Positions 54,571 to 63,243 of a stretch of 64,000 nucleotides of DNA are shown one piece after another. The translations under genes were made by a program, and so were the position numbers. Source of the DNA: Candidatus Woesebacteria bacterium (GTDB lineage: Bacteria > Patescibacteriota > Microgenomatia > UBA1400 > UBA1396). The stretch is taken from contig JAJOJK010000005.1 of NCBI GenBank assembly GCA_021208605.1, positions 10,214-74,213 on the forward strand, in the 5' to 3' direction. The notes under the pieces are model-generated. The model saw only the letters and a list, made by a program, of their open reading frames with translations, did not search any database and was not told the origin of the DNA. The stretch's first letter is position 1; each line of letters opens with the position of its first letter.

Positions 54571-55242
54571 ATGAAACTCTCCCACAAACTCATCGTTGCC
54601 AACTGGAAATCAAACAAGTCCGTGACCGAAGCCAAACACTGGGCTGAAACTTTCGTGCAGCAAGAACCAAAAGATGCCTACACCTATGTTGTCTGTCCAC
54701 CGTACTCGGCTTTGCTGGCTCTCCAGGACCAAGAGCAGTACTTTGCGCTCGGCGTACAGGACCTCAGTGCCTTCGGCGCTGGAGCCTATACCGGCGAGAT
54801 TTCCGCACATAATCTGCTCGATCTTGGAGTGAAGTACGCCATTCTTGGCCACTCCGAGCGCCGCCGCTACCAGAACGAAACCTCAGCTGATGTCGCCAAA
54901 AAAGTGACCTCGGCACTCGATGCTGGCATCACTCCGATTGTCTGTGTCGATCGCGATCAATTCGGTGAGCAGGCAGCTCAACTTACCGCCTCCCAACGCG
55001 AGCAAGTGATCGTGGCCTACGAACCGGTGCATGCCATCAGCACCTTTGGCGGACAAGAAGATCCCATTGAAACCACTCTGGAAAACATTGCCGCACTGAA
55101 AGAATCGTTTGGTAACGTACCGGTACTTTACGGGGGCAGCGTTACGCCAGAGAACTCACTCGTGTACTTACAAGAGGATGCTATTCAGGGAGTTTTAGTT
55201 GGTGGAACGAGCTTAGATCCAGAAAAATTTGCTCAATTGTGA
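54571..55242 (+). CDS. tpiA: Triosephosphate isomerase
   Basis: ANWKSN, GHSERR, AYEPVHAISTFGG and YGGSV motifs. Confidence 0.85.
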   Translation: MKLSHKLIVANWKSNKSVTEAKHWAETFVQQEPKDAYTYVVCPPYSALLALQDQEQYFALGVQDLSAFGAGAYTGEISAHNLLDLGVKYAILGHSERRRYQNETSADVAKKVTSALDAGITPIVCVDRDQFGEQAAQLTASQREQVIVAYEPVHAISTFGGQEDPIETTLENIAALKESFGNVPVLYGGSVTPENSLVYLQEDAIQGVLVGGTSLDPEKFAQL

Positions 55243-56912
55243 ACCGCATACACGCGGTATGACGCGTTGCTCAATACAGGATCACCAAATTGCTGACGGA
55301 AATAGTCCTCATTCGCCTTGAAATCATGGATCTCTGGCAACCCAATCACCACATAATCAATACTGTACTGCTCGAGTAATTCACGTGCGTTTTCCTCACC
55401 AGCAAACATGGCAAACATATCGGTTTCTCGCTGACGATAGTCAATTCCATACGTCCACATCCAACCGCGATAGCCAAGCAAAATTTGGCGCCCGGTCAGA
55501 GCCGGTACCCAGTGGTTGTGTTTATCGGCGGTCAGCACCACGTCACCCGGCTCAGAAATCTGCCGAAAATGGGCTGCCAACTGTAAGTCCGCCACGCTCC
55601 ACATGAGGTGAGAATTTTTCTCGGTACCGGTAATGCGCCAGAGATCGAGCCATCCAGAAGACGTGATTACCATGAATACGATGATCGCTCCTGCCGGTCC
55701 AAGTATTCTCCGTGCGCTCCAGGTTCGACTCAAGGCTTCTACGACGGCAATTGTGAGAAACAGGTACGTCCATGTCAGTATTTTTGAGTTATCCCAGTCA
55801 TACGGCTGAAATAAAATTAAATTCGTCAAACCAAACGTGAGCCAACCGGCAACCACAAAGGGATTCTTCCATAACTTACCCCAGACCGTGCCGATTGCTG
55901 CCAGAGGCAAAAACAGTCCCCAGTTCAGCAGCCAAAACCAGAACCAGTTTTCTCCTTTGGCTCGTGGATTCGCTAACCAACCAGGCATCCAGGTAAAGAA
56001 ACTCCCACCAACTTCACCGCCATACAGCCACCAAAATATCGGCACACTCATCACACCAGCCGCCACCGCAAAAGGCACCCAGAACTTCCAGCGACGCGGC
56101 TCCATGGCAAACCATACCGCACACGTCACAACCAGCACAATAAAACTGTGGACATGCACAAACAGCAAAGCACTACTTACTACTCCGAGTCCAATAATCG
56201 CCGGCACAGAAACAGTGGCTGCTTTTCGTTTTGACCAGAGAAAAAGATAGACACTCAACGCCACCACCATGCCGAGCAACAACGCGCGCTGTGGCACCAA
56301 TTGTCCAGACACCACATTGATCCATTCGAGAGTAATATCGCCAATGTGTGTGTATTCACGCGGAGGATGAAGGAGCGTTTGCCAAGTGGGCGATTCCCAC
56401 AAATCAGCGAAAAACCAAAGGAATCCTAATCCACCGCTTGTCAGAAAGATGGTCACCCCAAGTACGGCGCGAGTGGCAGATTTCCAAAAGAGCCAAAAGA
56501 AAGCGTACATCACTCCCAACAAAAGCAATGTGGTGAGAATAGTGGGCACTATAAATGCCGAAACAATATCCCAACCAGCACCCATCAACCAGCCAGAAAT
56601 TGCGTCTGCTAAAAATGGATAGGTAAATTTTTTACCCACAAACAACGGGTGTGAGGACAACCACATCGACCAAGGCCGAAACGCAAAAACACTGGCGTAG
56701 GTCACATGAACGGACCAATCCGCCCAGACCCCAATCCAACCAGCAGTAATGCCCTCTTTTGTCCAATAAAAAATATCTCGCCACAGGAGCGTGAAAAAAC
56801 CACCCCACGAGGCTAGAACTACCGCCAACCCCGAAAACCATGATTGACGCAAAGCATCACGCAAAAACGTCGTATAATGGCTCAATGATGCGTTTGTTTT
56901 TTTCCAGTTCAC
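55233..56912 (-). CDS. Polytopic membrane protein (putative GT-C-type glycosyltransferase)
   Basis: 559 aa with more than 12 TM helices. GTG start. No defining motif recognised beyond topology. Confidence 0.45.
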   Translation of the reverse strand: MNWKKTNASLSHYTTFLRDALRQSWFSGLAVVLASWGGFFTLLWRDIFYWTKEGITAGWIGVWADWSVHVTYASVFAFRPWSMWLSSHPLFVGKKFTYPFLADAISGWLMGAGWDIVSAFIVPTILTTLLLLGVMYAFFWLFWKSATRAVLGVTIFLTSGGLGFLWFFADLWESPTWQTLLHPPREYTHIGDITLEWINVVSGQLVPQRALLLGMVVALSVYLFLWSKRKAATVSVPAIIGLGVVSSALLFVHVHSFIVLVVTCAVWFAMEPRRWKFWVPFAVAAGVMSVPIFWWLYGGEVGGSFFTWMPGWLANPRAKGENWFWFWLLNWGLFLPLAAIGTVWGKLWKNPFVVAGWLTFGLTNLILFQPYDWDNSKILTWTYLFLTIAVVEALSRTWSARRILGPAGAIIVFMVITSSGWLDLWRITGTEKNSHLMWSVADLQLAAHFRQISEPGDVVLTADKHNHWVPALTGRQILLGYRGWMWTYGIDYRQRETDMFAMFAGEENARELLEQYSIDYVVIGLPEIHDFKANEDYFRQQFGDPVLSNASYRVYAVHN

Positions 56913-58258
56913 TTATGGCTTTCGTATTTGTCAGTATTGTAGCGTTTGCCTTAGTGACGCGCATGTGGCGAATTTCCACTCCATCCACATACTACTTTGA
57001 TGAGGTCTACCACGCCGTCACTTCAAAACTGGTGGCCCGCAATGACGCCCGAGCATATGAATGGTGGAACCCCGCGCCAGAAAAAGACACCGCCGTGGAC
57101 TGGCTTCACCCTCCGTTTGCCAAACTCACGCAAAGCTTGAGCATGCTCGTATTTGGCGAAAACAGTTTTGGCTGGCGTTTCAGTTCCGTCGTATTTGGAA
57201 CCGCAACGGTAGGTGTACTCTATTTTGTGGCGCGCGAACTGGGCTTTGATGAAACCACTAGCCTGGCAAGTACTGGTTTATTGGCATTAAGCGGCCTGGC
57301 CCTGAGCATGTCGCGCATTGCAATGAACGATATACATGTGACTTTCTTCATTCTCTTGAGTGTTGGTCTGTACTGGCGATGGCGAAAATCGCCTACGTTG
57401 CTTTTGTCCGTGCTGGTTGGTTTGAGTACTGGTTTAGCGTTTGCTTCGAAGTGGTCAGGTATTTTCTTGCTCGGGCTTTTTGCTTTTGATACTGCCGCGC
57501 GCTTCAAATCTGATTTTCTGCAAAACCGAACTCTTCCCAGTCGGGTTTTTGTCCAACTGTGGGCATCCTTGCTATTACTCATACCAACAGTCTATTTCTT
57601 GAGTTATGGCCAAATGTTTTTGCAAGGGAAAGATCTCACTCACTGGTGGGAACTCCACCAACAAATTTGGTGGTATCAAACAAATTTGGAAGCAACACAT
57701 CCGTACCAATCTACTCCTCTGCAGTGGGTACTCAATCTCCGTCCGGTCTATGCCTTCACAGACAGCACCTCTACCGTTCTGGCGGACATTTACCTACAAG
57801 AAAACCCAACTCTTGCTTGGTTTGGAGTGGTAGCGGTCATTTGGACCCTCGCTGACGTCGGTATGTATGCACTTTCCACCATGAAAGTGGTCTGGAAATC
57901 GGCTATGACACAGCAAAAAAAGTGGCAGACGCGGCTCAAGAAACTGTGGCTTCAATCGAGCGACACATACCGGCTTCTCTTTGTCGTTGCTGCCTACGCT
58001 GTCTTTTGGTTGCCGTGGGTAATTTCACCGCGCATTATGTTCTTTTATCATTACTTGCCTTCAATTCCGTTCCTGTGTTTGTTGCTCGCCTATCAACTGC
58101 AGTTCTTGCGCCAAAAATTCTATGGAAACGGTATCGCCATTGGAATCATTGGTATTATCGCGCTAAATTTTGTCTTGTTTTATCCGCACTGGACCGGATT
58201 ACCAGTTGATCGCGAACTGTGGAGTTGGCTCTACTTCGCACTGCCTCAGTGGCAATAA
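56885..58258 (+). CDS. GT-C membrane glycosyltransferase, PMT_2/GT39 family (protein O-mannosyltransferase-like)
   Basis: The first extracytoplasmic loop carries YYFDEVYHA (DE motif), and multiple TM helices follow. Start ambiguous (56840, 56885 or 56915) because the 5' end overlaps the divergent neighbour. Confidence 0.65.
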   Translation: MMRLFFSSSLMAFVFVSIVAFALVTRMWRISTPSTYYFDEVYHAVTSKLVARNDARAYEWWNPAPEKDTAVDWLHPPFAKLTQSLSMLVFGENSFGWRFSSVVFGTATVGVLYFVARELGFDETTSLASTGLLALSGLALSMSRIAMNDIHVTFFILLSVGLYWRWRKSPTLLLSVLVGLSTGLAFASKWSGIFLLGLFAFDTAARFKSDFLQNRTLPSRVFVQLWASLLLLIPTVYFLSYGQMFLQGKDLTHWWELHQQIWWYQTNLEATHPYQSTPLQWVLNLRPVYAFTDSTSTVLADIYLQENPTLAWFGVVAVIWTLADVGMYALSTMKVVWKSAMTQQKKWQTRLKKLWLQSSDTYRLLFVVAAYAVFWLPWVISPRIMFFYHYLPSIPFLCLLLAYQLQFLRQKFYGNGIAIGIIGIIALNFVLFYPHWTGLPVDRELWSWLYFALPQWQ

Positions 58259-58296
58259 TGTACTTTTTTTGTACACTTTGACGCTACAGTACCGGT

Positions 58297-58497
58297 ATGC
58301 AAAACCATTCTTCTCCCGAACCTGTGCCTACGGATACAACGAAAGATTCACCACTTGATGACTTTTGCCCGATCTGCGCGGCACAGGAAAAAGCAGATAA
58401 CGAAGGTCGAGACATTACGCTCGATGAACTTATGGAAGCCTTTCGCGAAAGCGAAAAACTCGGTGCGGTCGTTGGATATGGTCCCGACGATCTCTAG
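58297..58497 (+). CDS. Hypothetical small protein with a CPxC motif
   Basis: 66 aa reading ...DDFCPICAAQEKADNEG.... No family recognised. Confidence 0.25.
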   Translation: MQNHSSPEPVPTDTTKDSPLDDFCPICAAQEKADNEGRDITLDELMEAFRESEKLGAVVGYGPDDL

Positions 58498-58505
58498 TCC
58501 GCAAA

Positions 58506-61500
58506 CTACTCAGAATCTTGCGGGAACGTGAGCTGCTGCTCAGCGACTTGCTCAGCCAAAACATCTTTTTGCAAACCAAGCATCTCGCAGATCTCACACT
58601 GTCCACAAGGCTCTCGTTCTAAAAAGTGGAGCGACTGTAACTCATCCCGCACCTGGCGCAAGAGATCTTTGAGTTCATCTAGATCTTCATCAGCAAGTTG
58701 AATGCGTTCTGATTTGTATCGCCCGGTGGGATTTTTTTCCAAAAATACGAACTCACCTTCACGAATAGTGTATGCAAAGCTGGAATCGAGATCGCCCAAC
58801 AGCTTATAGAATAACAACTGGCGGTATAAATCACCCTCGGAATTCTTTGTTTTCCCGAGAATGTGGTTACGAGACTTGGGCGTACCTGTTTTGTAGTCAA
58901 TCACACAGACCGTTTGCGCAGCGGCGTCAAGCATATCAACACGATCGATTTTTCCGACCAATTGCAAACCCTCAAAGGCAATCGGTGGTTGTCGACCCAT
59001 ATTTTTTTCCACTAATAAACTGGGTGTAAAACTCTCTTTGTGCTCATGGTAGTAATCAGAAAGAATAGTCTTCGCTTGCGCCGATATCTCGGCCACTTCA
59101 GTCAATGAAAGTGGCATCGGATTCACCACCGCGTCAATGCGAGGCAAAATCTCTGCCAAATCGGGGACTGTCCCTGTCAAATTGAGGTCGCGGTAGAGAC
59201 GCTCCATCGCCGCGTGCACGGCTGTGCCGAGCACCAGAGGACGAGTCGGCAAACTGGGAATCCGAATCAATCGCTTGTACAAAAACCCCACCGGACAGGC
59301 CAAGTACTCATTCAACGCCGAAACCGACATCGCAAACGAATCCACCAAAGACGCTAACCACTCACGATCAATGTGCGTCCACGCGTACTCGCTCGAGGCG
59401 GTCTCCAAATAGTTTTGCAACGTAGATTGAATTGCCTCGGCTGACAATGCTGGCTGATCCGCGTGCGGCGTCTCCCGAATTTCCACTACAAACTGCGAAG
59501 GTTGCAGTTCTTTCACTCTGCCACCCTGGACCGTACTTTGGCTCCATGACACGATCACGCGCCGTTTTGCCCGGCTCAAAGCAACATAAAACAATCTACG
59601 CTCGTCGGCATTTTTCTCATCTTTGGTGCTGTCGGCATACGGAATAGTCCCCGGAAGGGGCTGAATATTTTGCGGTGAACGAATGTTGCCCCAATAACCA
59701 TCCTGGACATGTAATACGAACACAGTGTCCCATTCCTGCCCTTTGGCTTGGTGTGCGGTCACAATCGGAACAGCTTCGGTTTTCACATTGAGATCATCTG
59801 CCGGAATTCCGAGTCCGTGCGCTTGCATGCGTTCCAAACGATCTAAAAACTCAGCCAAATTCGTCTTGGTGTGTAACCGGTACCAACTCTGCACTTCGCG
59901 CAGAAAACTGGCCACGATATTGATATCTGTCAGGGCGATGTCACCTTGCCAACTGTGCGCATATATTCCTGCCTCACGCAACACGGTTTCCACAAATTCT
60001 GGCAGCGGTACTTTCGCCTCGAGATCCTGCCAGGCAATCAGCTGCTTTCGCAGAGTAGATACTTTTTCTGGCTGAACCAACGGCAAAGCCGCTACAGCGG
60101 CCTCGTCACCCCAGAAGTCCCAGACACTGCGATTGTGGTCTTTCGATTTTGATCCGGCGCGAATGAGTTGTAATGCATCGGTCGGATCGAGGTCCCACCA
60201 AGGTTGCTGCAGCAAAGGAACAAAGAGTTCTGTTTCGTCTTGGGTGCGCACAGCGCTCAAAAAACGCAGTAAAACCAAAATTTTCTGAATCAGCGGAAAC
60301 TGTAAAACATCTTCGCCACGAGTAATTTGCGTCCGAATATTTGCGCGAGCGAGTACTGATTCGAGCAAAGCCATATGACTGTGCTTCCGCACCAACACCG
60401 CAATTTCGGACAATGGCACTCCGGCGTCATGTCGTTCCCGAATGGCTTGCGCAACCCAAAAACACTCAGCCAACGTGTTGGGAGCTTCATGAAACCAAAC
60501 CTCACCTGGACTCTCTTGATGAGCGCTCTGCAAAGGTGCCGAGAGTGTCTGCATTAACTCCGCCTGTCCCGGACTTTCATCGGCCGAGTTGTGGGCAATG
60601 GCTGTAGCGGCCGCATCATAGATCGATTGTCGACCGCGATACCCGGTGCGCAAAGCCACCACCGTCGCATTAGGATACAAATCTAAAAAGTGAAATGTGT
60701 TCGCCAAGGAAGCACCTTGGAAACGGTAGATTGACTGATTCGGATCTCCCACAGCAAAGACATTCGCCTGCTGTCCCCAGTGGCTGGCCAATAACTCCAA
60801 GAGCTGCAACTGGGCCTCGTTGGTGTCTTGCCACTCGTCGACTAAAAAATACTGATAGGTCTCTTGATACTCAGCTAAAACATCAGGATCATTACGGAAA
60901 GCATCGCGCACCCACAAAATCATGTCTTCAAAATCATAGGTGTGGCGCTCGCGAAGTTGGCGCTCATACTCTGCATAGACTTGTGCCAACTCACGATTTT
61001 TCTGCACGGTTTTTGTGCGCGAGCGAAGCTCGGTTTTCGTCAATTCATCGGCATTGTTCTCTAAATAGGTCTCTTCCTCTTCGGCAAGTTCGCGAATACT
61101 CAATGGCGAGTGACCTTCTCGTTTGTAGTTAGAAATCAAGTGCAAGCAATCGCGCACAAAATACAACGGATTCTTGGCCGACTTGATATGCTCAAAATCA
61201 TTTTCCAGTAAAATTTGCTCGACTATTGAGATCTTGTCGACTTCCGCAATCGGCTCTTGGCGCTGCGGCGAAAGCGGAAACAGTTCCTGGTGCGACTCAA
61301 TCACTTCGGTACAAAAGCTATGAAACGTGGTGCACTTTACTCCGTAGCCATCGGCGCCAATCATGTCGACTAAACGCTGCTGCATATTTTTAGCGGCCGC
61401 CTGCGTGAACGTCAGGGCCAAAATATTATGCGGTTTGACATCGAGAGTAGCCAAAATATGGGCAATACGGGTGGAAAGTATTTGTGTTTTTCCAGTACCG

Positions 61501-61595
61501 GGCCCGGCCAAAACAAATACAGGCCCCTCCGTAGTCTCCACAGCGAGACGTTGTTCAGGATTCAAACGATTCAGTGATTCGGTATAGGCAGCCAT
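58506..61595 (-). CDS. UvrD-family helicase fused to a C-terminal RecB/Cas4-like PD-(D/E)XK nuclease with a Cys cluster (AddA/AdnB-like helicase-nuclease)
   Basis: N-terminal LNPEQRLAVETTEGPVFVLAGPGTGKT. C-terminal ...VCVIDYKTGTPKSR... (nuclease motif III). Cys residues at LACP...PCGQCEIC resemble a Fe-S cluster arrangement. Confidence 0.75.
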   Translation of the reverse strand: MAAYTESLNRLNPEQRLAVETTEGPVFVLAGPGTGKTQILSTRIAHILATLDVKPHNILALTFTQAAAKNMQQRLVDMIGADGYGVKCTTFHSFCTEVIESHQELFPLSPQRQEPIAEVDKISIVEQILLENDFEHIKSAKNPLYFVRDCLHLISNYKREGHSPLSIRELAEEEETYLENNADELTKTELRSRTKTVQKNRELAQVYAEYERQLRERHTYDFEDMILWVRDAFRNDPDVLAEYQETYQYFLVDEWQDTNEAQLQLLELLASHWGQQANVFAVGDPNQSIYRFQGASLANTFHFLDLYPNATVVALRTGYRGRQSIYDAAATAIAHNSADESPGQAELMQTLSAPLQSAHQESPGEVWFHEAPNTLAECFWVAQAIRERHDAGVPLSEIAVLVRKHSHMALLESVLARANIRTQITRGEDVLQFPLIQKILVLLRFLSAVRTQDETELFVPLLQQPWWDLDPTDALQLIRAGSKSKDHNRSVWDFWGDEAAVAALPLVQPEKVSTLRKQLIAWQDLEAKVPLPEFVETVLREAGIYAHSWQGDIALTDINIVASFLREVQSWYRLHTKTNLAEFLDRLERMQAHGLGIPADDLNVKTEAVPIVTAHQAKGQEWDTVFVLHVQDGYWGNIRSPQNIQPLPGTIPYADSTKDEKNADERRLFYVALSRAKRRVIVSWSQSTVQGGRVKELQPSQFVVEIRETPHADQPALSAEAIQSTLQNYLETASSEYAWTHIDREWLASLVDSFAMSVSALNEYLACPVGFLYKRLIRIPSLPTRPLVLGTAVHAAMERLYRDLNLTGTVPDLAEILPRIDAVVNPMPLSLTEVAEISAQAKTILSDYYHEHKESFTPSLLVEKNMGRQPPIAFEGLQLVGKIDRVDMLDAAAQTVCVIDYKTGTPKSRNHILGKTKNSEGDLYRQLLFYKLLGDLDSSFAYTIREGEFVFLEKNPTGRYKSERIQLADEDLDELKDLLRQVRDELQSLHFLEREPCGQCEICEMLGLQKDVLAEQVAEQQLTFPQDSE

Positions 61596-61641
61596 GTGTA
61601 GTCAGTAGTATACCGTTGCACCCGGTACAATACAGCCACCG

Positions 61642-62404
61642 ATGATTATTCCTGTCTACCAACCACTCGGTTCTTCTTCGCACCGCTTAGCAGCGGATAT
61701 TGGCGCGCAGCGGCAGGAAAAAGCCACTCATACCGGCACCCTCGACCCCATGGCCGAAGGCGTACTGGTCGTTTTAACGGGTGAGGATCGTTTCCAAAAA
61801 TCAGTCTACTCAAAATGGCCCAAGGTATATGAATTTTCCATCCTCTGGGGACTTACCACCGATACTGATGACAGTCTGGGTCTACTCACTGCTTCGCCTG
61901 CTAGCTGGCACAAGCTACCTCCCACCAACCACTTAGCCAAGCAACTACAGACGCTCCTCCCCAAGTTTCTGGGCGAACAAGAGCAGCAAGTGCACGCGTT
62001 TTCCGCGCGGCGCTGGCAAGGACAATCTTCATTTGACTTTGCTCGCCGCGGCGAACCAATCCCAAAAAAAAACTCGCACTATTTCACTCTCGTCCTTTGC
62101 ACTCATCCATACCGATACGCTCCCTTTGGCAACCATCAGTGAGGAATTCTCGCACCGCCTTACGCTCGTTTCTGGCGACTGGCGCCAACAAGAGATCGCA
62201 GAAACTTGGAAAGTACTCAACACCACTCACCAGACTGACTCGCTGCCCCGCACTTTTTTCCGAGTGCACTGCTCCCATGGCACCTACATTCGACAACTCG
62301 CTCATGATCTGACACAGAAACTTTCTTTGCCAGGAATAGTCTGGAATCTCAAACGAATCCAAAACGGTCCCTACACACTTGCTGACACAGAGCAAGTCAA
62401 ATGA
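61642..62404 (+). pseudogene. truB: tRNA pseudouridine(55) synthase TruB, split by a frameshift in an A9 homopolymer (about 62058-62066)
   Basis: ORF1 reads THTGTLDPMAEGVLVVLTGE (catalytic Asp motif)...ARRGEPIPKK. ORF2 in the +1 frame reads TRTISLSS...RVHCSHGTYIRQLAHDL. Removing one A gives a continuous ...IPKKTRTISL.... Confidence 0.8.
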
Positions 62405-62457
62405 AAGTCAAATAAAAGCCCTATAAGTAAACCATTATGGTATAATGCTCTCCTGGA

Positions 62458-63243
62458 ATGATCGTTCCAGACCATACATCCATCGAACTTCCTTCTTCCG
62501 GCCATTCGGGAAGCATTCCTGCCTCCACCAAACAGTACATTCTGCATACGCTGCATCGGGCGCGCCAACCTGAATGGAGCACCGAATGGTTGACAAAAGT
62601 CACCCTTCATAACCTCGGAAACGTCACCGCCGCTCTGTTCTGCATCGCCGAGGAGCTGCAAAGCTCTCTCACACTGGACCAAGTCATTCATCTCCACACG
62701 GCCTTCACGTATCTCTACAACACCATCCAAACCAGCCAACAACTCTTTCGTAGTAGCCAGATACGTCCCACGCGCTTTCACCTGTCTTCAACCCTTTCCG
62801 AAACATGCGCCCTCTTCACACAGGAATACAAACAAAAAAAGATTTCCTTCACCACGTACATCCCAAAAAATGTTTTGGCTTACGGACATCCCAACATTAC
62901 GCAACAAATAGTCGTAAACATTCTGCGCAATAGTATTGACGCGCTAGCAAACAGCCCGCAGAGAAACAAAAATATTCGGGTAAATCTTTCACGTCGACCA
63001 AAATCACTCCAACTTGTCGTAGAAGATAACGGTCCAGGAGTCGCTCCTGAACTCCTGCCCGTCATCTCCAAACCTGCCTACACCACCAAACCGCTCGGAC
63101 AAGGTCTGGGGCTAGCCTTTGTCGACTGGCATATGCGGCATACGGTGCACGGAACCGTGACCCGTTGCCATAATCCGCCACATGGACTGCGCACCATACT
63201 TGTCTTTCCGCTCCCTCCAGACATTGATACAATAGCCCCATGA
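62458..63243 (+). CDS. Histidine-kinase-like ATPase (HATPase_c) domain protein, no TM and no recognisable H-box
   Basis: C-terminal VVNILRNSIDAL...LVVEDNGPGVAPELLPVISKPAYTTKPLGQGLGLAFV (N, G1 and G2 boxes). A TATAAT box sits 11 nt upstream of the ATG. The stop overlaps the next gene's ATG. Confidence 0.5.
   Translation: MIVPDHTSIELPSSGHSGSIPASTKQYILHTLHRARQPEWSTEWLTKVTLHNLGNVTAALFCIAEELQSSLTLDQVIHLHTAFTYLYNTIQTSQQLFRSSQIRPTRFHLSSTLSETCALFTQEYKQKKISFTTYIPKNVLAYGHPNITQQIVVNILRNSIDALANSPQRNKNIRVNLSRRPKSLQLVVEDNGPGVAPELLPVISKPAYTTKPLGQGLGLAFVDWHMRHTVHGTVTRCHNPPHGLRTILVFPLPPDIDTIAP

Noticed and set aside
56840-56912. Apparent 70-nt divergent overlap of the 5' ends of the genes at 55233-56912 (-) and 56840-58258 (+)
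   Set aside because: Most likely a start-codon artifact. The minus gene's track start is a GTG, and the plus gene has in-frame ATGs at 56885/56888 and 56915. The true starts probably leave little or no overlap.
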